Below are positions 24,816 to 37,893 of a stretch of 64,000 nt of DNA, piece by piece. The notes under the pieces were generated by a model. It worked only from the letters and a program-made list of their open reading frames with translations. It was not told the origin of the DNA and did not search any database. The translations under genes and the position numbers were made by a program. The stretch's first letter is position 1. Every line of letters begins with the position of its first letter. This stretch comes from the human T2T-CHM13v2.0 reference genome, Homo sapiens: contig CP086569.2 in NCBI GenBank assembly GCA_009914755.4, positions 4,032,001 to 4,096,000 of the forward strand. The letters run 5' to 3'.

Positions 24816-27800
24816 CCCTTAATTTTGGAAATCTGCTTTTGTCTTCAAGCTCTGCTTGTTTATAAGGCCCTAGAAAATGCATGCTTTTCTGGCCCTCTTC
24901 CTTGAAGAACTCCATCTTGAAGCCAGTAATCCATTTAAGAAAGTTAAAAACTGGCAAATGAAAAATCTGACAACTACTGGATCTTCTTCTGTCTGTATGC
25001 ATAGTTATATATGTGTTGTGTTTGTGATGTTTATATAAAAGAGCTCTAATTAATTGGCTTAAAGAAAAATAAGCAAATTGATTTCAAATCAAATAATTTA
25101 AAGACTTTGTCAAAAAATTAAAACTAATGCCTTTTACTTCATGTGACAATAAGCTTTCAGAAATAAAGAGCTTTAAAAATTATTGGTAACATAAAGACAT
25201 TTTGTCTAAATCAAGCAGTTCAGATATTAGGTTTGCTAAATGATTTTAGGTAATAAACTGCTTTTTTGGCTTTTAAAAATCGTTCAACTCGCCACTGTAC
25301 AGCTTGGTAAGGTAAGGTCTGGGACACATGAGGTTACCCATGCCCCTAGTTATGCTGAAAAGAATCAGACCATATCTGCACTTCAGTCTGGTGACCTAGG
25401 CTCCAAACCTAGTACGTAATTAAAATCACTTGCTTACCAGGCTTTTCATCAAAGATAAAAATTGCTAAAAGTTGACATTGTAACATGTGACTAAGACTAC
25501 TAAAAAATGTTGTACATGCAAGGTGTGTGAAGACAGTGAAATATGCTTTTAATAAAAGATTATAACAAGGCATGAAAATGTAAATTTTTGCCTGGTTTAG
25601 AGGATTAAAGGATTGTTTTAAATCAGATAGGATAAAGCTGAAGTTTTGAGTAAGTTGTGAAGGATTCGAGAAAAATTGATCTTGTAAAAAATTCTGTGTG
25701 ATATATATTAGCTAAATTTAAAAGGGTATTATTTATTTTTTTCTGTACATTGAACATTGGAATAAAAGCACGACAGGGTTTACTTTAAGAACTGATCTGC
25801 TCTTTAACAAATATTTGTAGAGGATTAGAGAAAGTTTTTGAGCATCTCACCTTATGGTCAAACTGATTAAGATTGACAGATATGTCTATAAGGTTTTATT
25901 AAAGATTGGAGTTGACGTTAATAGTACACTAATGCAAAGGTGAAATTTGGCTTTCTTTCTTGAACCAGATACTCATGTAATATTAAATAATAATGCAAAT
26001 TTTTGTTTTACTTTTGAATAAAATACTGAACAAGGAACTAAAGACAAGGGACAGATTGTTTTGAAAGCTAAATTGTCCCTCTCTCAATGAGTAATGATTT
26101 ATGCCTTTTTAAGGTTTTTGAGTCATTATTTTGGCCAACTGAATGACTTATGGTGATCTGGAATTCTATTTCATAATATCAAGTGTTCTAAACCTTTAAC
26201 ATATTTTATAGGCTTTCCAAAATCAAATTTCAGCTTCAAAATAGTCTCTTCTGACCTCTAATTTTGGGATGCTACAGAGAACCCCTGAAGCATCCAAAGG
26301 AGAGGTAAACAGGATTATTTAACATGTTAAGTTACATGAGAAGCATTGTCAAAACAAAAAATTATGTTTCACCTTCTTTAGGTTATATTTTAGTGAATGA
26401 CATTAACATATGTTACAAAATTGCATGGGATTGCTAACATTCAAATATGTCTAAGTATATGTTATCAATCATAATTATGGTTATTATGTTAAGTTATTGT
26501 AGGCCACAGAAATAGCCAAATTTCCTTGTCAATTGTGTTTTTAACTATAACCATTTAAAGTCATTTCCATATTAATTGCTTAATGCTGACACAGTTTCTG
26601 AAAACTTCACAAACACACAAAATCATAGAATATAGTGTCTTCTAGGAGGTTCATGAAAAGATGGAAAGGACCCTGAAAGCACTCTTGAATATAGGTTTCT
26701 AATAACTCTAAAATCATTATCATTTGGACTGAGTAAGAATTCCTGAAACTTTAATGAAAAGAACATTGTCAGGAGGCTTTCATGCTTCTAGATGGATATC
26801 ATTTGTTAGGTCCTTTTTCTATGATTTGGATTCAGAGAAGCAATAATTAGAAATGTATCTCCCATGATGGGATCTATTGCAGATCCTACTGGAAAGGCTA
26901 AGGTTACACAAAAAATTTTAAATTCTCTTGGGAACTTCTGCTAAATAATAGAATTCTTCTAGATTACTTTCTGGCTAAACAGAAGTATCTGTGCAGCTGC
27001 TGGCCCTTGTGGACAATGGAAAAATATATTACATCAGGTATTACAGCGATCCAGTTGTAGGGGATTAGCGAAGATACTCTTTAGTTAAGAGAGTAGAGTC
27101 CATCCGGCTCATTCTTTTGTCTGTTTGATTTTAGGTGGTTTAATTTATGGGGACCCTGGGTTAGAAGCATACTCCAAACTCTTGATATTATCCTCCTGAT
27201 ATTCATAATAGTAGTCTCCCTGGTGTGTTGTATTTCCTAAAAGATTTTAAATGTTTGCATGTAGCCATCTTTAGAATGCCAAATTGTCTCTCTTCAACTG
27301 GCATGACAAGAGCTACAAGAAATGTGGGACCACGAGGACATCATAACCTATGAATGACATGCTGAGACTGGAACCCCAAAATGGTGGTAACTGAGATTGG
27401 CACTAAGGCCTTAATTTTTGGTCACACTTTCACCTAAGTGAGAACCTGACCAAAAAGGGGGAATTTATTTAAACACAATTATGGAAGGTTATTGTTTTGG
27501 ACTGAGCTCATGCACTAGGCCCCAACAGACAAAATCAAGCAAAAATGGAATGTTCATGCTAAATGTGATGTAATCAAACTAAGACTTTTAAGGAAAAGCA
27601 TAGGTTCTGGAACAGACATGGTTTTGTTTTTCTCCTATAAACAGTGTTTTCCAGCATAAGGAGATAACCTCCACTCAGTCCTTGTTCCACCTTGCAAAAC
27701 CCATAGTTTTACTATTTCCCAGTGGGTTTCTAGACCAAATAAGTACATTTACAATGGTGATAGTGACATCAATGACTAAAGTTTCGGTCAATCTCATAAA

Positions 27801-29763
27801 ATTGAGAAAATTACCAAATGGGGAAATTGTTAAATCAAGTTTAGCCTAAAGCTTCCTTCTGACATATTTAAGTTTGGCCTAAAGGTTTTTCTGTACATCA
27901 TGAACTATATCAAGTGGAGGTCTAAAGAGACCATAGCCTACACTTGTGCCAATCAATGATATTTGGCCAATTAAATGTAGCCAATTGTTCAAACCATGTT
28001 CAAATAAGGCAAATGCTGAGCTGTAACCTATCCAGCTGTTTCTGTACCTCACTTTCATTTTCTGTACTTCACTTTCCTTTTTCTCTCCATAGATCTTCTT
28101 CCACCGCATGGCTACATTGGAGTCTTTGAGCTTACTGTGACTTAGAAGTCTGTCTGATTTGCAAATCATTCATTGCTCAATTAAACTCCTTTAAATTTAA
28201 TTCAGTTGAAGTTTTTTTTTTATCACTAGTAAAAAATATATCTCTATTCTGCATATTCCTTGATTTTTTCTGGGAAAGATATTTCTCACTTGACTATTAG
28301 TTTACATTAAATGTAAAGTTAATGATAATTATACCACAGATATTAGAACTGTGTTACAATTTTACATAGTCATTTACTAGTAGACATATGTTATTTTGTA
28401 TATATACATAAACATTTTTTCAGAAAAAAAGTTTCATTTTTAAATGAAGAATTTTTAGACATATTTGCTGACAACACAAAATACAGATAGCTAGAAAATT
28501 ATCATTATATTTCTTAAAATAAGAAGAAAAATATTCAGCTTTAATATGAGAATTTTGTCTACAATGCGTTCAGTTCAGTTTAGATAGTGTCACCTACTGC
28601 CTGAGTAAAACACCACACATCTTTCTTGAACTTTGCAGGTTCTTTTCTTTCCGAACAGAACATTCTTAAATTTTCTCAACTCCTTCGTTTAAATTCTTCA
28701 TTTATTTATCATTAGAATATGAGATACTTTCATATAGAAATAACTACTTTTTCAAATGTAAATCCTTCTGCTGAGCCCAGTAGAATTCAATTAATGTTTA
28801 TCAAATTGAATTAAAGCACAAATTCATGGTAAAAATATAATTAGTTAAAAGATTTGTTTACCTATTTTTTCCTGCACTTCTTACTCATTCATTATGTAAT
28901 ATTTGTATAATAGTATAACACACATTAAAGCATACTTAAAAAGTAAATCATTTCAATTAATAGAATGTATTATGTTTTCTCCTTGAGTTCAAATCCTAGT
29001 CCTGCCCCTTCTCTGGTTGTGTAGCCTTTGATAAATTGTTCAACCTCTTAATGCTGAAATTTTCTTATTTGCAAAATGGGGAGCACAAAAATGGGACCCA
29101 CCTTAAAAAGTAATTATGGCAGTTATATGAATTAATGTATGTAAATATATATGTATAGTAAGTGTTTTATGTGTTTGTATTTAGTTGATGTTTGAAAAAT
29201 GTTATTCATGTATAAACTGTGAATAACTAGAAGCAGAAGACAGTTGAGGTTCCTTAACAAAAAACAGATTACCATGAGAAAAAGAAACAGTAGTTTATTA
29301 ACATGTATATCTCATATATACATAGATGCTATCTTGAAAAATGAATAATGTCAAAGAGGTGGCCTAGAACTCTGGTGTGTTAGCATCTTCAACTGTAATA
29401 AACAAAAAAGGGTATAGAGGAGGCAAGACATGGAACAGTAATCAGAAAATGCAGGGTAAAAAAGAGTAAGGTTTGCTATGCAGTTATAAGTCAATGTCTT
29501 CTCCATTGATAAGAGTCTCTTGTGATTTCATCATCCTTCTTTTCTTGGTACACAGGAACACTTACAAATGGAGATTTCCTTTAAAAGTATAAAGTTTTTC
29601 TCATAAAACGGTAAACTGTGCTGTTTTTAGAATTTCTCCTGTCTGCTATTTCTCAAAATAACCAGATTAAAAAAAATTTATGCCAAAAAGGCATATTTTG
29701 ATCTCCTACAGTCATATTTTAGGATGGCATATGTTGGAATCCTACACATCAAAAGTCCATAGT

Positions 29764-30126
29764 TATATTAGTCCATTTTCACACTGCTATGAAGAAATAT
29801 CTGAGATCGGGTAATTTATAAAGAAAAAGAGGTATAATGGACTTACAGTTCCACATGGCTGGGGAGGCCTCACAATCATGGCGGAAGGCAAACGAGATGC
29901 AAAGTCACATGGTACATGGTGGCAGGCAAGATAGAGCATGTGTAGGCAAACTTTCCTTTATGAAACAATCAGATCTCATAAGACTTATTCACTATCAAGA
30001 GAACAGCACAAGAAAAACCCATCCCTATGATTCAATTACCTCCCACTCGGTTTCTCACACATGTGGGAAATATGAGAGCTACAATTCAAAAAGAGATTTG
30101 AGTGGGGACACAGCCAAACCATATCA
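29764..30126 (-). repeat. THE1-type MaLR solo LTR (second copy, same orientation as 15971-16353)
   Basis: tatattagtccattttcacactgctatgaagaaatatctgagatcgggtaatttataaag…cacagccaaaccatatca. Both termini are reverse complements of the THE1 consensus ends. Confidence 0.8.
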
Positions 30127-30432
30127 ATAGTTCACGTTAGGATTCACTGTTGGTGTTATGCATTCTATAGGTTTTGACAAATGTATAATGACATGTATCT
30201 ATTATTGCAATATCATACTGAATAATCTCACTCCTATAAAATCCTCTGTGGTTTGCCTGTCCTTCCCACACTACCCCGTAACCCCAGCAACCACTAACCC
30301 CATTAACCTTTTCACTGTCTTCGTAGTTTTGCCTTTTACAGAATACCATATACTTGGAATCATATACTGTGTAGCTTTATTTCACTTAGCAATATGTATT
30401 TAGATTTCCTGCATGTGTTTATATACCTTGAT

Positions 30433-30462
30433 AACTCCTTTCTTTCTTTCTTTCCTTCTTTC

Positions 30463-30495
<33 letters not shown>

Positions 30496-30500
30496 TTTTT
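30433..30500. repeat. (CTTT)n microsatellite merging into the poly(T) of the downstream minus-strand Alu (i.e. an (AAAG)n-evolved Alu tail)
   Basis: ctttctttctttccttctttcttttcttttctttc then T23. Confidence 0.9.
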
Positions 30501-30780
30501 GACAGAGTCTCACTCTGTCACCCAGACTGGAGTGTGGTAGTGCAGTCTCGGCTTACTGCAATCTCCGCCTCCTGGATCAAGTGATTCTCCTGTCTCAGCC
30601 TCCAGAGTAGCTGGGACTATAGGTGCACACCACCATGCCCAGATAATTTTTGTATTTTTAGTAGAGGAAGTGGTTCACCATATTGGTCAGGCTGATCTCG
30701 AACTCCTGACCTTAGGTGATCCACTTGCCTTGGCCTCCTAAAGTGATGGGATTGCAGGCATGAGCTACCAGACCTGGCCA
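30501..30780 (-). mobile_element. Alu SINE (AluS-like)
   Basis: gacagagtctcactctgtcacccagactggagtg…ggattgcaggcatgagctaccagacctggcc, which is the reverse complement of the Alu consensus. Confidence 0.9.
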
Positions 30781-31535
30781 GTTCATTTCTTTTTAGTGCT
30801 GAGTGATATTCCATTGTCTGAAGGAAAAATAGTTTATTTATTCATTCATCTACTGAGTAACATTTTAGCTGCTTTTAAGTTTTGACAATTATGAATAAAG
30901 CTGCTATAAATATTCTTTTGCAGGCTTTTGTGTATACACAACTTTTCAGTTCATTTGAATAAATACCAAGGGGTGTGATTGCTAAATCATATGCTAAGAT
31001 TATGTTTAGTTTTGTAAAACACTGCCAAAGTATCTCTCCCAATGGCTGTAATATTTTGCATACCCATCAGCAATAAATGAAAGCTACTATTGCTCCACAT
31101 CTTCACTAGCATTTGATGTTAGTGTTTTTGAATTTGATCATTCTAATAGGTCTGTAGTGGTACTATGGCATTTTGGAATCAATGCTTCATTTAAAGAATA
31201 ATGATTCTTGTAGAAAATTTAGGCCTCTGGAAATAATTCTGAAAAAAATCAGACTTTGCACTATCACTCAAGTACTAAAACACTTTTAAAGTGTTGTAAG
31301 TGGTGTCATAATTAAGACACAAATTATCTTATGATTTGTTAAAGAAATCAAGTAACACTTAGAAGAACATTACCATATGTGTGTCAGGTGAGATACAATG
31401 AAAAAATGAAGCCAAACTGCATGAAATAAAGGATGTTTATTACTCACAGGTCAGGGAGATTATAAGTGTGTACAAGAGGCTGATGAGAAGTCCAGAGACA
31501 GCAGGGTGCTCAACCTGTAAGTGGTAAACAAGAAA

Positions 31536-31577
31536 GAGAGACAGAGAGAAAGAAAGAGAGAGAAAGAGAGAAAACTT
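31536..31577. repeat. (GA)n / (GAAA)n simple repeat
   Basis: gagagacagagagaaagaaagagagagaaagagagaaaa. Confidence 0.85.
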
Positions 31578-31899
31578 ATAGAAGTATGCCCTTATTAAGG
31601 ACCATAGGCATTATTTTTTATCCTTTTCCAAAAGGGTTGTAGAATAGCTAGTTTACATAAACCTGCATGAAGGAGAAACATATTTACAGGACTCTGGTGA
31701 CGGTCATTAGGTTTCACTGTAATTAGCATCTGTGGGTTGTGTGGGGGTCAGTGAAATAAAAAACAAGCAGGTGCTGTTACAAACAATCATTTGTTTGTTT
31801 TAACTAGACTAAAGCTGATGAGGCATGACTGGATTACAAACAACTTGTGTCTGTCCTAAAATGGATGCTGAGGCAACAACTATGTTAAACAAATTCATA

Positions 31900-32110
31900 A
31901 CATCTTATCACACATTACTTTATCTACATCTGTATCTATATTTATGTATATTTATATATAAATTGTGTATATAAATTTACATATAAAATCCTCTGTGCTT
32001 TATATGTATATAATATGCCTTATATGTGTATACATATAATGTGCTTTATAGGTGTATAATAAATACAGAATTTATATATAAATATATACATAATTTATTT
32101 TCTACATCAT
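31900..32110. repeat. AT-rich low-complexity / degenerate (TATA/TGTATATA)n tract
   Basis: Repeated tatatttatgtatatttatatataaattgtgtatataaatttacatataaaat…. Confidence 0.6.
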
Positions 32111-33254
32111 TATAATGTTACAAGTACATTATAAATCATCTAGGAACATGTACTGCTGTTTAGAATTTTGAGTGAAACCAAAGGATCTAGCCCAGTGTCT
32201 TGTATACAGTAAGTGCTTAATACAGACTATTAATGATGACTGTGCGAATTTCTGTATGAAAGCATACTTACACGTATTTTATATGTAGTGAATATATATT
32301 TACAAATAATTGAAACAATAAAATGGAGTTTTAACATACATCTTTAAACTACTATTTGTAACAAACATAAATCTAAGTAATTATTCAGTAAAGTTTAATA
32401 AAACATATTAATGTAATTAGCAAATAACATTTTCTGTTGTTCTGACATTAGAATGTATTTGTGTGCTTTGTACAATATGGCCAGAATAATTAGAAATAAC
32501 TCTTCATTTTCTCATTTGTATGCTTATACTGCATTTACATCTGGAAGTCCAATTGCTTAGAATCTGCTACAGGACTTCTATGGATATATTTAATAAGGAC
32601 AACTTGGCCATAATGAGCTTAAATTTTGAACTGTCAGAAGCAGATGGATTAGAATGTGTGGTTCATTGATTTATATATAAATACAGATTCCACCCCCTCA
32701 GAGACTCCCGTTTTACATTCTCAGAAAAACATAAGAAAGAAAAGATCAAAAGCCACAGACCTTTTGAAACATGTTAAGTTAGCCTATAAAATAATATTTC
32801 CTAGGCTCATGTGGCTTTAAAATTGCTGTAAATTTCCCTGAAGCATGTTTGAAGCAAGCATTCCTAAGAAGCTTAATAGAAACTCTTTTAACAAAATGTC
32901 TTTCCATCCCTCCCTATTTTCTATGATTTATTTTGTTTCTACTCATTTAACAAAATAGTTTTACATTTGTCTGTGTATAAAAACCTTTTATTTCAGAATT
33001 TTCCATTGAAGATTCTATTATGTACTTCTTTTATGCTATTAATTATCAAGTAGGCACACAAATTTACTCAATTTAAAATTTAGAAATATTTAATTTTCTG
33101 TTTTCTTGTTGCCATTATTTGCTTATAGTTTTACAAAGTTTACAAACAATATTAACTATCACAAAATTTATATTTTTGACAGTTCTTCATAGAAGCAAAA
33201 AAATGGGCTGTATTTTAATAGCATATTTAATTACATGTCTTATAATGTTTTTAC

Positions 33255-33400
33255 CTGTGGACTTGATTATTTGATTATTTGCATTAATTGTGTGTTACTG
33301 AATTATGCCTGATTTTGAGTTATAACTTAATAAACCTTTTCTTAAAAAGGTATGCATTTATCCACATACATTTCAAAGCAAAAAGGGATTTTTTTCTTTT
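33255..33400. repeat. Copy 1 of a local ~145-bp duplicated segment (partner at 34158-34300)
   Basis: cttgattatttgattatttgcattaattgtgtgttactgaattatgcctgattttgagttataacttaataaacc…tatccacatacatttcaaagcaaaaaggg. Compare copy 2: cttgattagttgcattaattgtgttccatttaattatgcctgactttgaattataccataataaagc…tatccacatgcatttcaaagcaaatag, about 85% identity. Confidence 0.65.
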
Positions 33401-34157
33401 ATACCTGTTATAGATCAGACGGTAGAAAATCTCAATGAAATACCTGGACTTAATGAAACACATACAGTAGGATACAAATATTACAATCTTTAATATAGTC
33501 TTTTAATTTCTCAACTTTGTAAATTTGGTAACCATCTAACAATGTGAATCTAATGTACAGCCAATTTCCTTGTTGCAGCCAAAATTTTGTAAGGAAGGTT
33601 GGAAGTGAGAAAATAATGAATCAATTTCCTTAGCCTACAAAGATTTTACAATAGCATATTGGAAAATATTAGAAAAGAGTCAGTCTTGGTTTTGCTAAAT
33701 TCAACAGGTAACTTTGAACAGTCAGTCACTTTTCTTCTGCTCTCATCTTCCTAATCTAGGAAACAAATTGACAATTATATGTCAACTCTGGACAAACAAA
33801 ATTTGAAATCAGGTCTATTTGGGAAAATATCACCTGAATATTTTGATATACAAGTAGCTGGACTAATATATTTTAAGGATCTGTGTGGAAAAGCAGATAA
33901 GGCTTGGGAATTCTATCATATACTAAAGTGAATCTAGGGTAGAAACTAAAAATATAAAATAATGAGAAACAGCAACATTTAGAACAAGTGCAGAAGAAGT
34001 AAATCAAAGTTATTTATCGTGATAAAAAGATAGTTTTCAAATGTAGCAGGTAGATGCATTATGTGAAAATCACCCTTTGGAAGGAGCCATATTGTATATT
34101 TAAAATTATATATATACTAATAATATATTTTATGTATATGATTACACATAAAATATA

Positions 34158-34300
34158 GTCTTGATTAGTTGCATTAATTGTGTTCCATTTAATTATGCCT
34201 GACTTTGAATTATACCATAATAAAGCTGTTCTAAAAAAAGTATGAACTTATCCACATGCATTTCAAAGCAAATAGAAATTTTGATTTTCATTGTTATGAT
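34158..34300. repeat. Copy 2 of the local duplicated segment
   Basis: See 33255-33400. Confidence 0.65.
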
Positions 34301-34700
34301 ATATAACAATATTCATTAAATATAAATTACATTCAAATATAATAAATATAATATTCCTTATAATATAAAATAATGTAAGTTATGTAAAACAGTTTATATT
34401 ACCTTATTATAATATATTATATAATTATTTTATATATTTCTATTCATACATGAATATGTATTTTAATATATTTATTATATATAATGATATAATGCATAGA
34501 TGATATATAATAACAAATATAGATTATACCTATAATATAATTATATTATTTTATATATTATGTTTGTAACATATTTATATTGTTAGAATATAATATGTTT
34601 ATATAATAAAATATATTATTAAATATATATTTAATGTTTTCAATTATGCATTTAATAATATATTTTAAATTATATATATATATAATTTTTTAAAAAGCAC
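34300..34700. repeat. AT-rich simple repeat ((TATAA)/(ATAAT)-like, about 400 bp)
   Basis: Almost pure A/T with units such as ataatatatt, tatataat, aatatatatt. Confidence 0.85.
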
Positions 34701-34947
34701 TATTTATTTATCAGGTTACTAAATATTGCCCCAATACTAGTGTTGCAGGACCTTTCCTTAGTTCAGCTAAGGACAAGGTTTTTTGTCCCATGGCCATGAA
34801 AATTAAGGCTGGCAGACAATTTAAATGGTGAGTGAGACAGGGTTTTCTTGGGTGAAAAGGAAGAAAAAGGGGAAACAGCGACTCTTGGTAGGCCAGAGTT
34901 CCTGCTAGAGAGCTTCCTGCCCACTGTTCGAATTTCAGAATCCACAC

Positions 34948-35518
34948 AGTTTTGTGGGTATCTATCAGATCTTCTTGATGTAGTGCTGAGTTCAGGTCCT
35001 GAATACCTTTCTTAATGTTCTGTTTCAATGATCTGTCTAATATTGACAGTGGGATGTTAACATCTTCCACTATTATTGTGTGGGAATCTAGACCTCTTCG
35101 AAGGTCTCTAAGAACTTGCTTTATGAATTTGATTGCTCCTGTGTTGAGTGTATATATATTTAGAATAGTTAGATTTTTTTTAGTTGAATTGAACCCTTTA
35201 CCATTATGTAATGATCTTCTTTGTCATTTTTGATCTTTGTTATTTTAACGTCTGTTTTGTCAGAAACTACAGTTGCAACTTCTGCTTTTCCTATTTTCTA
35301 TTTGCTTGGTGGATTTTCCTTCATCTCTTTATTTTGAGCCTGTATGTGTTATTGCATGTGAGATGAGTTTCTTGAAGACAGCGTACCAATGGGTCTTGGT
35401 TCTTTATCCAGCTTGTCACTCTGTTTCTTTTAATTGAAACATTTAGCCCATTTACATTTAGTGTTAGTATTGATATGTGTTTATTTGACTTGTTTATGTG
35501 ATTGGTTTGTAGTGTCAC
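34948..35518 (-). pseudogene. L1 ORF2 N-terminal (endonuclease domain) remnant, truncated
   Basis: LTLNVNGLN…QETHL motif block of the L1 apurinic-endonuclease-like domain. Confidence 0.75.
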
Positions 35519-35599
35519 TCGTGTTTACTTCAATGTGGTTTTGTAGTGGCTGGTAATGGTCTTTCTTTTCTATATTTAATACTTCCTTTAGGGTCTCTT

Positions 35600-36456
35600 G
35601 TAAGGCAACACTAGTGGTAACAAATCCCCTCATCAGTTGCTTCTCTGAAAAAGATTTTATTTCTCTTTCACTTATGAAGCTTAGTTTGGATAAATATAAA
35701 ACTCTGTGTTGGAATGTCTTCTATTTAAAAATGTTGAACATTGGCCCCTAATTTTTCTGGCTTGTAGGTTTTCAGCTGAGTGGTCCACTGTTAGTCTGAA
35801 AGGCTTCACTTTGTAGAAGACCTGGCCTTTTTTTCTAGCTGTCTTTAACATTCTTTCTTTCATTTCCACTTTAGAGAATCTGATGATTACGTGTCAAACC
35901 AAACAGCTATAAATTTCGTCTCTTTACATAATCTCATGTTTCTTGGATTTTTTATTTCTTTTTGTTTTTTATCTATTCTTGTCTGCCTGTATTACTTCAG
36001 AAAGGCAGTATTCAAGCTCTGAGATTCTTTCTTTTGCTTGGTCTATTTTGCTACTAATATTTGTGATTGCATTATAAAATCCTTAGATTGTGATTTTAGC
36101 TCTATCAGACCAGTTCTGTTCTTTTCTATACTGGATATTTTATCTATCAGCTCTTGCAATGTTTTCTCATAAATTTTAGCTTCCTTGCATTGGGTTATAA
36201 CATACTCTTTTAACTCAGTGAACTTCATTTTTATCTATATTCTGAATTCTACTTCTGTCATTTCAGCCACCACAGGCTCAGCCTGGTTTTGAAACCTTGC
36301 TGGAGTGGTGATGTGCTTTTTCAGAGGAAAGTGGTCATTCTTGCTTTTTGAGTTTTCAGCATTCTTACACTGATTCTTTTTCAATTTTGTGGGCTTATCT
36401 GTCTTTAATCTTTGAGGTTGCTGATCTTTGTATATTTTTTTCAAAAATCTGACCAC
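35600..36456 (-). pseudogene. L1 ORF1 remnant (interrupted)
   Basis: See the parent element. Several short ORFs in different frames indicate frameshifts and stops. Confidence 0.7.
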
Positions 36457-36818
36457 TTTTCCATAAGGCTGCTGTGATATGCTGAGGGTCCAATCCAGTC
36501 TGTAGTCACCTCATATTTTCTGGTACCTGTAGGTATCATCAGTGAAGGAGGTGAAACAGCAAAAATGGCAACCTTTTCCTTTCTCTGTAATCTCTGTCTC
36601 AGGGAGGTAAGCACCTGTTGCCATCTTGAATACACCTGTAGGAGGTTGTTGAAAATCCCAGATGGGACTTTTTTGCCCAGTCAAGAGGAATTGGATTGGA
36701 CACTCACTTAAAAAAGTAGTATGGCCAATATTATGTTGAATACCTGTGGGGTACTGGGCATCCACTTCAGTCCCTGATTACCTCAGACACTCTAAAGCCT
36801 GAAGGCTGAAACAGCTAA

Positions 36819-37893
36819 GTCGCCCAAATAGCAAAGACGGTGGCCTGTCCCTCTTCCTGGGAGACTTATCCAAGGGAGGTCTGAAACCTCTGTCAGCTGG
36901 GGAACACCAGTGGGGGTAGTTGTATAACCTCATTAAGGTGATCCACCTGATGATGAGAAACAGTGTTGGGACCTGCTTAAAAAAGCCATCTGGCCATATT
37001 TTCATGGGGCCACTGTGCTGTGCTGGGTACTGTTTCACTCCCAGATGGTTTGGCCTCTCCAAATCCTGAAGGTTGGAACTGCTAAGTCACCCAGACACCA
37101 AAGATGGTGGCCCACCCATCCCTCTGGGAGTTCCATCTGAGGAGTTTTCAAATTTCTGTAGGCAAGGGAACACTGGCAGGGACAGCTGGAGGGCCCAATT
37201 AGGCAGTCCTGCCAAGTGAGGGGTAATGACATCAGAGACCCACTTCGAAAAGCTGTCTGAGCCTGATTTTATAGAGCAGCTGTGAGATGTGTATGGGTAC
37301 CACTTTTGCCCCAGCCAGCTTGGGCACTCCAAAGCCTGGAGGCTGGAATGACTAAGTCACCCAAACAGCAAAGATGGTTTTTTGCTCTTCCCTCTGGGAG
37401 CTCTGTCTCAGGGACTTTTCAAATCTCTGTTGGCTGGAGAATACAGACGGTGGTGGCTGGAGGCCCCAGTTGGAAGGTCCTACCCAATGAGATGGAATGG
37501 ATTTGGGACCTGCTTTAAAAAGTAGTCTGGCCACATTTTGGTACAGCAGCTGTTCTGTGCTATGGGATCCCTTCCACCCACAGTTAGCTTGGGTTCTCCA
37601 AAGCCTAACGGCTGGAATGGGTAAGTCTCCCAAACAGCAAAGAAGGTGACCTGCCCATCCCACTGAAAACTCTGTCCCAGAGAGTTTTCAAACTTCTGTT
37701 GGCTGGAAAACACTGGTAAAGGTGATTTGAGGCCCCATTTGGGAGGTTCTACATAATGAGGAAAAATGAGATCGAGGAAAGATTAAGTAAACAGACTGGC
37801 CACACTTTCATAGAGCCGCTGTGCTTGTGCTGAGGTACCACTTTCACCCCAGTCAGCTAGGGTTCTGCAAAGCTCAAAGGCTGAAATGACTAA
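36819..37893 (-). repeat. Tandem array of four complete ~268-bp monomers (plus partial flanking copies) within the L1 5'UTR
   Basis: The landmark gtcRcccaaacagcaaagatggtgg recurs at 36819, 37086, 37356, 37625 and 37893. Spacing is 267-270 bp and copies are about 75-85% identical. Confidence 0.8.

Noticed and set aside
24562-25002. 146-aa ORF on the minus strand in non-repeat-looking sequence
   Set aside because: There is no recognisable protein similarity by eye, it has ordinary AT-rich codon usage and shows no splice or exon context. It overlaps a promoter-like module on the opposite strand. A random ORF of this length is expected by chance in 64 kb across six frames.
15971-30126. Two THE1-type LTRs in the same (minus) orientation that might be the 5' and 3' LTRs of one MaLR element
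   Set aside because: They are about 13.8 kb apart, whereas a THE1 internal region is about 1.6 kb. The intervening sequence is not THE1-int-like. I treat them as independent solo LTRs.
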